Shown here in pieces: positions 1-8,556 of a DNA stretch of 64,000 bases. The notes below the pieces were generated by a model, which ran no database searches, was not told where the DNA came from, and saw only the letters and a program-made list of their open reading frames with translations. Origin of the DNA: an uncultured delta proteobacterium (GTDB taxonomy: Bacteria > Myxococcota > Kuafuiibacteriia > Kuafuiibacteriales > Kuafuiibacteriaceae). The stretch spans positions 128,001 through 192,000 of the forward strand of contig CAWDML010000008.1 of the NCBI GenBank assembly GCA_963803435.1, in the 5' to 3' direction. Each line of letters starts with the position of its first letter. The stretch's first letter is position 1. A program made the translations under genes and the position numbers.

Positions 1-41
1 CGGTCGACATCGACGCCATGCCGCGCGGATATTGACGCGCG

Positions 42-734
42 ATGGCCTCGGTCGCCGCCGTCATCCCGGCCCTCGACGAAGAGGATGCGATCGGTGTCGT
101 GGTCGCCGACCTGCTCGCGCTCGGGGTGCTCGACGAGGTGGTGGTGGCCGACAACGGCAGCCGTGATCGGACCGCCGCGCGGGCCCTTGCCGCCGGCGCC
201 ACCGTGGTCGCCGAGCCGGAGCGGGGCTACGGCGCCGCCTGCCTGGCGGGGATCGATCATCTGGGACGGCGATCACGCGGGCCCCCGGAGGTGGTGGTCT
301 TCGTCGACGGCGACGGCTCGAACGTGGCCGCGGAGCTCCCCCAGCTCATCGCTCCCATACTGGACCGCCGCGCCGAGCTCGTGATCGGCTCGCGGGCCGA
401 GAGATCCGAACCGGGCTCGCTCACGTTTCCTCAGCGATTCGGGAACGTATTGGCCACGCGGTTGCTCGGGGTGCTCTACGGAGCGCACTACACCGACCTC
501 GGTCCGTTTCGGGCGATCGGGTGGGGCGCGCTCCAGCGCCTGGGGATGGCGGACCGAGACTACGGGTGGACCGTAGAGATGCAGATCAAGGCCGCCAAAC
601 AGCACCTTTCGGTGCAGGAGATCGATGTCTCCAACAAGCCCAGGATTGCAGGCCGATCCAAGGTGGCGGGCACCGTCCGGGGGGTGGCCGGCGCCGGCTA
701 CAAGATCATCTACACGATTCTCAAGTACCGATGA
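42..734 (+). CDS. Glycosyltransferase family 2 (DPM1-like)
   Basis: VIPALDEE, VVADNGSRD, GYGAAC, FVDGDGS (DxD) and TDLGPFRAI motifs. Confidence 0.9.
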   Translation: MASVAAVIPALDEEDAIGVVVADLLALGVLDEVVVADNGSRDRTAARALAAGATVVAEPERGYGAACLAGIDHLGRRSRGPPEVVVFVDGDGSNVAAELPQLIAPILDRRAELVIGSRAERSEPGSLTFPQRFGNVLATRLLGVLYGAHYTDLGPFRAIGWGALQRLGMADRDYGWTVEMQIKAAKQHLSVQEIDVSNKPRIAGRSKVAGTVRGVAGAGYKIIYTILKYR

Positions 735-2383
735 TCGGTTATTCTCCGCCGGTGCACCGAACGGCGGCGGCCTGCCTGCTCCTCAACACTCTGATCCTCC
801 CCGCGATCGCGCAGGCGGAGCCCCCGGTGATCGCCGTGTTCGACATCGAGGACTCGAGCCACGCCAAGCGGCGATTCGACAAGCAGCTGCTCCAGCAGCT
901 CGCCGCGTATCTCGAGGGTCAGCTCGCCGAGGGGTCCTCGTTCCGCGTGGTGCCGCGCGAGCAGATCCGGCGCGAGCTCGACGCGGCCAAGCAGAGCACC
1001 TACAAGGCCTGCTTCGACGAGCGCTGCCAGATCGAGATCGGCAAGGCGGTCGCCGCCGAGAAGACCCTCAGCACGCAGCTGATCCGGATTGGCAAGCACT
1101 GCATCTTCAAGTCGGTGCTGTTCGACCTCCGGCAGGAGGTCAGCGCCAAGGTCGCCAACATCAAGGGCGGCTGCGAGGAGGAGGAGCTGCTCGGATCCGT
1201 GGAGAAGCTGGCCGAGAAGCTGAAGACCGAGAACCAGCCGGTCCTCAATCCGCCGCCCCCTCCGCTGGTGAGCGTGGTGGCGCCACCTCCGCCGCCCGCG
1301 ACCGTGGTCCCGGCCGGCGCGGGGGACGTCGATCTCTACCGCCCCTTCGTCCGCGACGTGTCGTGCAAGGAGGCCAAGGAGTGCCACACCACCGGCCTCG
1401 ACTATCGCGACGGCTCCAACGGCAAGACCAAGGACTTCCTGATGTCCGCCGACTACTTCCGCGAGGGCTGCAAGCGCGGCTTCGGCGCGGCCTGCACCGA
1501 TCTCGGCTATCAATACGAGAAGGGGAACGGCATCCCGGCGAGCCTGGAGAAGGCGGCGAGCCTCTACCGAAAGGGCTGCGACTACAACAACCCGCTCGGC
1601 TGCTCGAACCTCGGCTGGATGTACGAGAAGGGCCGGGGCGTCACGCAGAGCTATCCAGAAGCGATCCGCTTGTACACCAAGGGCTGCGACCAGAAGCACG
1701 GCGCAGGCTGCACGAACCTCGGCTATCTCACCGAGATGGGCTGGGGCGGGCTCAAGAAGAGCATCGATCAGGCGTTCAAGTACTATCAGCAAGGCTGCGA
1801 CTTCGGCAGCAACATCGGCTGCGCGAACCTCGCGTACATGTACGAGAACGGACACAGCGTCAAACAGGACTACGCGGAGGCGGTCCGTCTGTACCGGAAG
1901 TCGTGCGACATGGGCGCGGCGCGCGGCTGCGGGAACCTGGGCTACCTCACCGAGCAGGGCTACGGCACGCCCGCGAGCATCCCCGGCGCGGTGGCCCTCT
2001 ATCGCCAGGGCTGCGAGATGGGCAGCGCGAACGGGTGCGCGAACCTCGGGTACATGTACGAGAAGGGTCGGGGCGTCGACGCGAACGCGTACGAGGCCGC
2101 GCGCCTGTACCGCCAGAGCTGTGAGGACGGCGAGCCGCGGGGCTGCACGAACCTCGGCTATCTCACCGAGATCGGCAGTGGGGTGACCCAGGATCTGGGG
2201 CGGGCGGTCGAGCTGTATCGCCAGGGCTGCGACGGCGGCAACGGCACGGGCTGCACGAACCTTGGCATCATGTACCAGAACGGTCGAGGCGTCGGGATGA
2301 GCACCGCGAAGGCGCGCGAGTACTACCAAAAGGGCTGCAACAACGGAAACAGCGCGGGCTGCGACAACCTCAAGAAGCTCTGA
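731..2383 (+). CDS. Secreted Cys-rich Sel1-like (Hcp-type) repeat protein with an N-terminal alpha/beta domain and Pro-rich linker
   Basis: ATG at 731 overlaps the upstream stop (ATGA). Signal peptide ends in AQA. About nine 36-aa repeats of the form Y-x-x-G-C-D...G-C-x-N-L-G-x-x-x-E-x-G-x-G. Confidence 0.85.
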   Translation: MIGYSPPVHRTAAACLLLNTLILPAIAQAEPPVIAVFDIEDSSHAKRRFDKQLLQQLAAYLEGQLAEGSSFRVVPREQIRRELDAAKQSTYKACFDERCQIEIGKAVAAEKTLSTQLIRIGKHCIFKSVLFDLRQEVSAKVANIKGGCEEEELLGSVEKLAEKLKTENQPVLNPPPPPLVSVVAPPPPPATVVPAGAGDVDLYRPFVRDVSCKEAKECHTTGLDYRDGSNGKTKDFLMSADYFREGCKRGFGAACTDLGYQYEKGNGIPASLEKAASLYRKGCDYNNPLGCSNLGWMYEKGRGVTQSYPEAIRLYTKGCDQKHGAGCTNLGYLTEMGWGGLKKSIDQAFKYYQQGCDFGSNIGCANLAYMYENGHSVKQDYAEAVRLYRKSCDMGAARGCGNLGYLTEQGYGTPASIPGAVALYRQGCEMGSANGCANLGYMYEKGRGVDANAYEAARLYRQSCEDGEPRGCTNLGYLTEIGSGVTQDLGRAVELYRQGCDGGNGTGCTNLGIMYQNGRGVGMSTAKAREYYQKGCNNGNSAGCDNLKKL

Positions 2384-2395
2384 ACGAAGACCACC

Positions 2396-4819
2396 GTGCG
2401 TCTCCTCAGATGGATCGTCGGCAGCGGGCTTCGAGTCACGCTGCTCATCGCGCTCCTGGTCGCGACGTATCACGTAGGCAACGAGCTGCGCGTGCTCAAC
2501 GGGCGGCCGCTGAACTTCCACCAGCGGCTCGAGCTGACCGCGCTCGACGTCAAGTTCGCCTTCCGCGGGCCACGCACGCCCGCCCGATGGAAGGTCGCGA
2601 TCGCCGCGCTCGACGAGAAGGCCATCGACGCCTACGGCCCGCCGCCCTGGCCGCGCACGATCCACGCGGACCTGGTCGACGCGCTGACCAAGCTGGGCGC
2701 AGCGGCGATCGCGTTCGACATGACCTTCGAGCAACCCTCGTCGCTCCCGGGGCGGGAGGCGATCGCGCGGCTCCACGATCGCGCGAAGAGCATCGGCGTC
2801 TTCCGGGCCGGCGCCGAGCTCCAGGAGCTCGCCGGATCCACCTCCGATCCGAAGCAAGCAAAGACGCTCCTCGAGGCGGCCGCGTCGATCGACGCGCTCT
2901 CGGCGAAGATGTCGGAGATGGAGGGCGGCCGCGACCCCGATCGCGAGTTCGCCGAGGCCATGAAGCGCTCCGGCAAGGTCGTGCTCGGCGTGGTGGCCCT
3001 CTCGAAGCGCGAGGCCGAGTCGCTGGCGCTTTCGGACGCGCGGCTCTCCGCTTCCCTCGAGAACGTCGCCTCCGCCACCATCTCCGAGCTCGTCTCCACC
3101 GGCTCCGACGGCCTCTCGCACATCACATCCGGCCGCGAGATGTTCGAGCACGGGATCCTGCGCCGTTACTTCGGCGTCAACGCGCCCACGCCGGTGCTGG
3201 CCCGCGCCACCCGGCACTTCGGCACCATCAACGCGGCGCCCGACGACGACGGCGTCAACCGGCGGCTCCCGCTGGTCGGCGCGATCAAGGGGCGCGGTGT
3301 GCTCCTCCCCAGCCTCGCGCTCGAGGCGGTGGCGGTGGCCCGCGCCCCCGACACGATCGAGATCCTCGGAGGCCCCGGCGACGTCTCGCCGCTCGGGATC
3401 CAGATCGGCGATCTGGAGGTTCGCACCGAGCTCGAGGCCACCACCACCATCGACTGGTACGGGCGCTTCGACGCGGAGGAGATGCCGATCATCTCCATCG
3501 CCGATCTCCTCTCGGGCAAGGCGAAGCGCGAGGACGTCGAAGGACGGATCGTGTTCGTCGCCGCCACTGCGATCGGCACCCACGATCAGCGCGTGACGCC
3601 GCTCGAGCGCGCCATCCCGGGCGTGTACGTGCACGCCACGCTGGCGCAGAACATCCTCGACAACCGCCACCTGACGCGTCCGCTCTACGTGGTGGCGCTC
3701 GAGGTGCTCCTGATCCTCGGGATCGGCCTGATCGCGGGTGTGGTGATGACGCGCTTCGAGGTGGCCGGCCAGCTCACCACCGCCTGCCTGATGGTGATCG
3801 GCTGGACCCTGTTCGACCAGCTGGTGCTCTTCCGGAACGGGCTGATCGTCTACACGGTGCTGCCGGTGATGCAGATCTTCGTGACGCTGCTGGCGGTGGC
3901 GCTCTGGCGCTTCCTCGTCGAGCAGCGCGAGCGGCGGCAGACCAAGCGCGCGTTCGGCCGGTATCTATCGCACCACGTGATGGAGCAGGTGCTCTCCAAC
4001 CCCGAGCGTTACCTCCGGCTGGGCGGCCACCGCTATGAGGCCACCGTTCTCTTCTCGGACATCCGCGGCTTCACCACCATCTCCGAGGCGCTCTCGCCCG
4101 AGGAGCTCGGTCGCATGCTCAACCTCTACATGACGCCGATGACCGACATCGTCTTCGAGTTCGAGGGCACGCTCGACAAGTACATCGGCGACGCCGTGAT
4201 GGCGTTCTGGGGGGCACCCCTCCCGCAGGAGAACCACGCGATGCTGGCGTGCCGGGCGGCGCTGCGGATGATCGAGGAGGTGGAGCGACTCAACACCATC
4301 TTCGAGCGCGAAGGCCTGCCGTCGATCGCGATCGGGATCGGCCTCTCCAGCGGCCCGATGACGATCGGCAACATGGGCTCGGACGATCACTTCTCGTACA
4401 CGGCCCTGGGCGACCGCGTGAACCTGGGTGCGCGGCTCGAGGGACAGACCAAGGACTACGGCGTCGACATCATCATCTCCGACGCCTGCTGTGAGCTGGT
4501 GAAGGACGAGATGATGGTGCGCGAGCTGGGCTCGATCCGCGTCAAGGGCAAGTTCGAGCCGGTGCGCATCTTCGAGCTCGTGGGTGAGCGTGCGCAGCGC
4601 CAGGATCGACTCCCATTCATCGAAGCCTTTCACGCCGGGCTGGAGCTCTTCCGCGCGCGGCGCTGGGACGATGCCATCGCGAGGTTCGAGGAGGCCGACC
4701 GCTTGGCGGGCGAGGACGGCGACAAGACCTCTGATCTCTATGTGGTCTGGTGCAACGAATACAAAGAGGATCCCCCGCCTCCGAGCTGGGACGGCGTCCG
4801 CGTGGCCACGACCAAATAG
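2396..4819 (+). CDS. CHASE2-domain adenylate/guanylate cyclase (class III)
   Basis: CHASE2 motifs (PWPR, AIAFD, PDDDGVNRR, PGVYVHA), three TM helices, then FSDIRGFT, DKYIGDAVMAFW and GDRVNLGARLEG. Confidence 0.93.
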   Translation: MRLLRWIVGSGLRVTLLIALLVATYHVGNELRVLNGRPLNFHQRLELTALDVKFAFRGPRTPARWKVAIAALDEKAIDAYGPPPWPRTIHADLVDALTKLGAAAIAFDMTFEQPSSLPGREAIARLHDRAKSIGVFRAGAELQELAGSTSDPKQAKTLLEAAASIDALSAKMSEMEGGRDPDREFAEAMKRSGKVVLGVVALSKREAESLALSDARLSASLENVASATISELVSTGSDGLSHITSGREMFEHGILRRYFGVNAPTPVLARATRHFGTINAAPDDDGVNRRLPLVGAIKGRGVLLPSLALEAVAVARAPDTIEILGGPGDVSPLGIQIGDLEVRTELEATTTIDWYGRFDAEEMPIISIADLLSGKAKREDVEGRIVFVAATAIGTHDQRVTPLERAIPGVYVHATLAQNILDNRHLTRPLYVVALEVLLILGIGLIAGVVMTRFEVAGQLTTACLMVIGWTLFDQLVLFRNGLIVYTVLPVMQIFVTLLAVALWRFLVEQRERRQTKRAFGRYLSHHVMEQVLSNPERYLRLGGHRYEATVLFSDIRGFTTISEALSPEELGRMLNLYMTPMTDIVFEFEGTLDKYIGDAVMAFWGAPLPQENHAMLACRAALRMIEEVERLNTIFEREGLPSIAIGIGLSSGPMTIGNMGSDDHFSYTALGDRVNLGARLEGQTKDYGVDIIISDACCELVKDEMMVRELGSIRVKGKFEPVRIFELVGERAQRQDRLPFIEAFHAGLELFRARRWDDAIARFEEADRLAGEDGDKTSDLYVVWCNEYKEDPPPPSWDGVRVATTK

Positions 4820-4855
4820 ACTTTTTCCGTCGGCTGGTGCACCTGAAACCTGACC

Positions 4856-5705
4856 ATGTCCTGGTTCAAGCGCATGGAGACGCCGCGCGTGAAGGGCGGC
4901 GAAAAGGCGTCGGTGCCCACCGGGCTCTGGCGGCTCTGCGAGGCCTGCGATCATCCTTCGCTCGCGGAGGACGTGGAGAAGCTGCTCGAGACCTGCCCCA
5001 ACTGCGGCTTCCACTTCCGCATCCGCGGGCGGACCCGCCTCTACTCGTTCCTGGACGTGGACTCCAGCAAGGAGATTCTGCGGCGACCTCGAGGCCGTCG
5101 ATCCGCTGACGTTCAAGGACAGCAAGCGCTATCTCGATCGCGTGAAGGCGGCCAAGAAGACGGCCGAGGAGAACGAGGCCTTCGTGTTGCTCGAGGGGCG
5201 GCTCCGCGGCCGGCGGATCGTCGCCGGTGCGTTCGAGTTCCGCTTCCTCGGCGGGTCGATGGGGAGTGTCGTCGGCGAGAAGGTGACCCGCGGTTTCGAG
5301 CTGGCGGCCGAGTATCGATGCCCGGTCGTGATCTTCTCGGCCTCCGGCGGCGCGCGCATGCAGGAGGGCATCCTGTCGTTGATGCAGATGGCGAAGACGT
5401 CCGCCGCCATCAGCCGTTTCCGCCACGTGCGCCAGCCGTACGTGTCGGTTTTGACGGACCCGACCACCGGCGGCGTCGCCGCCAGCTTCGCGCTCCTCGG
5501 TGACATCATCGTCGCCGAGCCGAACGCGCTGGTCGGGTTCGCCGGTCCGCGCGTGATCGAGCAGACGATCCGCCAGAAGCTGCCCGAAGGCTTCCAGCGC
5601 TCCGAGTTCCTGCTCGAGCACGGCATGATCGATGCGATCATTCCCCGCCGGGAGCTGCGCGATCGGATCGCGCTGCTGCTCGACATGCTCACCGCTGCCC
5701 CGTGA
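4856..5705 (+). CDS. accD: Acetyl-CoA carboxylase carboxyltransferase beta subunit, with an apparent +1 frameshift at about 5075
   Basis: Zn finger (LWRLCEAC...CPNCGFH) lies in one frame. [39 protein letters not shown] and [11 protein letters not shown] lie in the next frame. Removing one base in GAGATTC (5072-5078) joins them. The accD-folC order is canonical. Confidence 0.9.
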
Positions 5706-7030
5706 TCCTCGACGGTCCAGGCACGCTCCCGCAGGGCTCGAGCGAGCGGTATCGAGCGCTCCTCGAGCGCCTGTTCGCGCTCTCGAAGAGCGGCACCGAG
5801 TTCGGTCTCGATCGCATCGCCCGCGCGCTCGCGGACCTCGGACATCCCGAGCTGGCGTATCGCACGGTCCACGTGGCCGGCTCCAACGGAAAGGGGTCCA
5901 CCAGCGCCTTCTTGGCCGCGATCCTGGGCGCCGCCGGGCGCACGGTTGGCCTCTACACCTCGCCGCACCTGATCTCGCTGACCGAGCGGATCCAGTTCAT
6001 GGAGGGCACCGTCCCTTCGGAGATCTCGCAGGACGAGCTGACCGAGGTGATGGCGCGCGTCGAGGAGATCTCGCCGGGGTTCCAGGATCTCAGCTTCTTC
6101 GAGGTGGTGACCGCCGCGGGCCTGGTCGCGCTCGCCCAGCGCGGCGTCGAGCTCGGCGTGATCGAGGCCGGGTTGGGGGCACGTCTCGATGCGACGCGGC
6201 TGGTCGACGCCGAGGTCGCGATCCTGACCGACCTCTCGCTCGAGCACACGCAGATCCTCGGCGACACCATCGAAGAGATCGCCCAGGAGGAGGGTGCGGT
6301 GATGCGCCCGGGGCGGCCTCTGGTGATGGCGGACGGGCCGCCGGCGGCGATGCGCGTGGTCGACGCGATGGCCCGGAGTATCGGCGCGCCCATCCATCGC
6401 ATCGGCGGCGAGCTCATCGTGACGAGGGTCGGTCCCGCGCGCTTCGATCTCGACCTCGGCGATCGCCGGCTCGACGACGTCGAGCTCTCGCTGCTGGGCC
6501 CGCACCAAGGTCGCAACGCGGTGCTCGCGGCCAAGACGGCCGTGCTGCTGGAGCCGGCGCTCCCGATCGACGCGATCCGCCGGGGCCTGGCCTCGGCGCA
6601 GTGGCCGGGGCGGATGGAGATCTTCGAGGGCGATCCGCCCGTGCTGCTCGACGGCGCCCACAACTCGCAGGGCGCTCAGGCCTTGCGCGCGGCGCTCCTC
6701 GACGATCCGCGGTTTGCCTCGCGGCCGCTCCATTTCCTGTTCGGGGTCCTCTCCGACAAGGACGTGCACACGATGCTCGAGGCGCTCGGCCCCGTGGCGC
6801 GTTCGATGGTGTTGACGCGTCCCGCCTCGCTGCGCGCCCGAAGCCCCGGCGAGGTCGCCCTCATCGCCAGCGGGCAGGGGGCTTCCGCGGAGGTGATCGA
6901 AGCGATCGAGGATGCGTTCGCGGAGGCGCGCCGGCGCGCTTCGAAAGATGCGGGATGGGTCGTCGTATGTGGGTCGTTGTATCTCGTCGGAGATGTACGC
7001 GCGATCCTGCTTCGACCTTCATCGCCCTGA
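5702..7030 (+). CDS. folC: Bifunctional folylpolyglutamate synthase/dihydrofolate synthase
   Basis: [40 protein letters not shown] and CGSLYLVG motifs. Confidence 0.95.
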   Translation: MILDGPGTLPQGSSERYRALLERLFALSKSGTEFGLDRIARALADLGHPELAYRTVHVAGSNGKGSTSAFLAAILGAAGRTVGLYTSPHLISLTERIQFMEGTVPSEISQDELTEVMARVEEISPGFQDLSFFEVVTAAGLVALAQRGVELGVIEAGLGARLDATRLVDAEVAILTDLSLEHTQILGDTIEEIAQEEGAVMRPGRPLVMADGPPAAMRVVDAMARSIGAPIHRIGGELIVTRVGPARFDLDLGDRRLDDVELSLLGPHQGRNAVLAAKTAVLLEPALPIDAIRRGLASAQWPGRMEIFEGDPPVLLDGAHNSQGAQALRAALLDDPRFASRPLHFLFGVLSDKDVHTMLEALGPVARSMVLTRPASLRARSPGEVALIASGQGASAEVIEAIEDAFAEARRRASKDAGWVVVCGSLYLVGDVRAILLRPSSP

Positions 7031-7067
7031 ACTTGCGGGTGTTTCCGACCGAGTGTTAGGGTTCGGG

Positions 7068-8531
7068 ATGCTTTCCCTCCGGGTCGGTGCGGCGCTGACC
7101 GCACTGGCGCTGCTGCTCCCTGTGTCGGCCCAGGCCGGCGAAAAAGAGAAGCTTTCGGCGCTCTCGAAGATCACGGTCACCGACCAGAAGAACGACGTCA
7201 CGGTCACGGTGGTAGGGACGAAGTCCCCCGACTTCACCTCCTTCACCATGTCGAACCCCTTCCGGGTGGTCGTCGATTGGGCCGGCAGCCGGATCGAGGG
7301 TGCCGCGGTGGAGCAGAAGTTCCCCCGCGGCCTCATTCGCTCGGTGCGGACGAAGCAGTACGATTCGGAGGCGGAGCGCATCAGCCGCGTCACGGTCGAG
7401 CTCTCCCGAGAGACCGCCTACCACGTGGACGCCGCCGGCACGCGGGTCACGATCCACTTCGAGCCCGTGGCGGATCCGATCCCGGAGCCCGAGCCCAAAC
7501 CAGCCCCGGTGGCCGAGAAGAAGGAGAAGAAGAAGGAGCTGGCCTACGTTCCGGAGGGCCCGCTGACCGAGCCCGATCTCCCGGTGCCCGAGAACCCGCC
7601 CGCGCCGAAGCCCGCACCGCCGCCGGTGGTGGCCAAGGCCGAGCCGGCGCCGCCGCCGGTGGCGGCCGCACCCGTGGTGGTGGCGAAGGTCGAGCCGCCG
7701 AAGGCCCCGCCGCCGAAGGTCGAGCCGCCGAAGGCCGAGACGAAGCCGGTGGTGGTCGCAGAGGTCGAGCCGAAGAAGGAAGAGAAGAAGGTCGAGCCGG
7801 CGCCCAAGAAGGAGGCACCGAAGGCCCCCGCGCCGCCGATCGTGGTCGCGAAGAAGGAGAGCCCGAAGGAGACGAAGAAGGCCGAGCCGAAGCCCGCGCC
7901 CGCCGCCGTCGCCCTGAGGGAGGAGCCGAAGGCCATCGCGACGTACGTGCCCAAGCCCAAGGAAGAGCCGATGCGCGTGCGGTCGCCGTCGCCAAAGCCT
8001 GTCCGCGTCACGCCGAACCGGCGCACGCGCCAGATCGCTTCCTCCGCGCCTCGCGATCTCCACAGCACCTGGCGCCCCCCCGGAGCCGGTCGTGTGCGCG
8101 GGCTCCCGGTCGTCCACTTCGGCGTGGGTCAGGAGACGATCCAGCCTCAGGGCGAGACTCCGGTCGATCCGGATGAGCCGGCCACCGTCGCCGGTGACTC
8201 CGACTTCGATCCGGGCCCGCACATCATGAAGTACATCGGCTTCCGCCAGATGGCCGACGTCTCCCGGGTGTTCGTGCGCCTCGACGGCAAGGCGAAGTAC
8301 ACCAAGCGCAAGGAGGGCGACACCGTTGTCGTCGAGCTCGTGGACACCAGCGTTCCGGTGAAGAACAACACCCGCCCCCTCGACACCAGCTACTTCAACA
8401 GCCCTGTCGGCAACGTACAGGCGGTGCCGAGCGGCAACAGCACGCGCATCGAGATCCGGCTGAAGGAGCAGGTCCCCTTCCAGGTGAAGCGAATCGGGAC
8501 GACCATCGCGATCGACTTCACGCGCAAGTAG
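7068..8531 (+). CDS. Secreted AMIN-domain protein with a long Pro/Lys/Glu-rich linker
   Basis: Signal peptide ends in AQA. AMIN-like FTMSNPFRVVVD...RVTVEL segment, low-complexity PKKE/PAP linker, and a second beta domain (RPLDTSYFNSPV). Confidence 0.72.
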   Translation: MLSLRVGAALTALALLLPVSAQAGEKEKLSALSKITVTDQKNDVTVTVVGTKSPDFTSFTMSNPFRVVVDWAGSRIEGAAVEQKFPRGLIRSVRTKQYDSEAERISRVTVELSRETAYHVDAAGTRVTIHFEPVADPIPEPEPKPAPVAEKKEKKKELAYVPEGPLTEPDLPVPENPPAPKPAPPPVVAKAEPAPPPVAAAPVVVAKVEPPKAPPPKVEPPKAETKPVVVAEVEPKKEEKKVEPAPKKEAPKAPAPPIVVAKKESPKETKKAEPKPAPAAVALREEPKAIATYVPKPKEEPMRVRSPSPKPVRVTPNRRTRQIASSAPRDLHSTWRPPGAGRVRGLPVVHFGVGQETIQPQGETPVDPDEPATVAGDSDFDPGPHIMKYIGFRQMADVSRVFVRLDGKAKYTKRKEGDTVVVELVDTSVPVKNNTRPLDTSYFNSPVGNVQAVPSGNSTRIEIRLKEQVPFQVKRIGTTIAIDFTRK

Positions 8532-8556
8532 AAAAAATGTGGGCTAAGGTCACGGC

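Noticed and set aside
1400-2380. 108-bp periodic DNA repeats
   Set aside because: They are fully explained by the Sel1-like protein repeats.
5069-5090. Programmed ribosomal frameshift in accD
   Set aside because: There is no slippery heptamer or stop-codon pause site. A single-base error is more parsimonious.
7600-7930. Direct repeats such as AAGGTCGAGCCGCCGAAGGCC
   Set aside because: These are coding repeats of the KVEPPKA linker, not a separate element.
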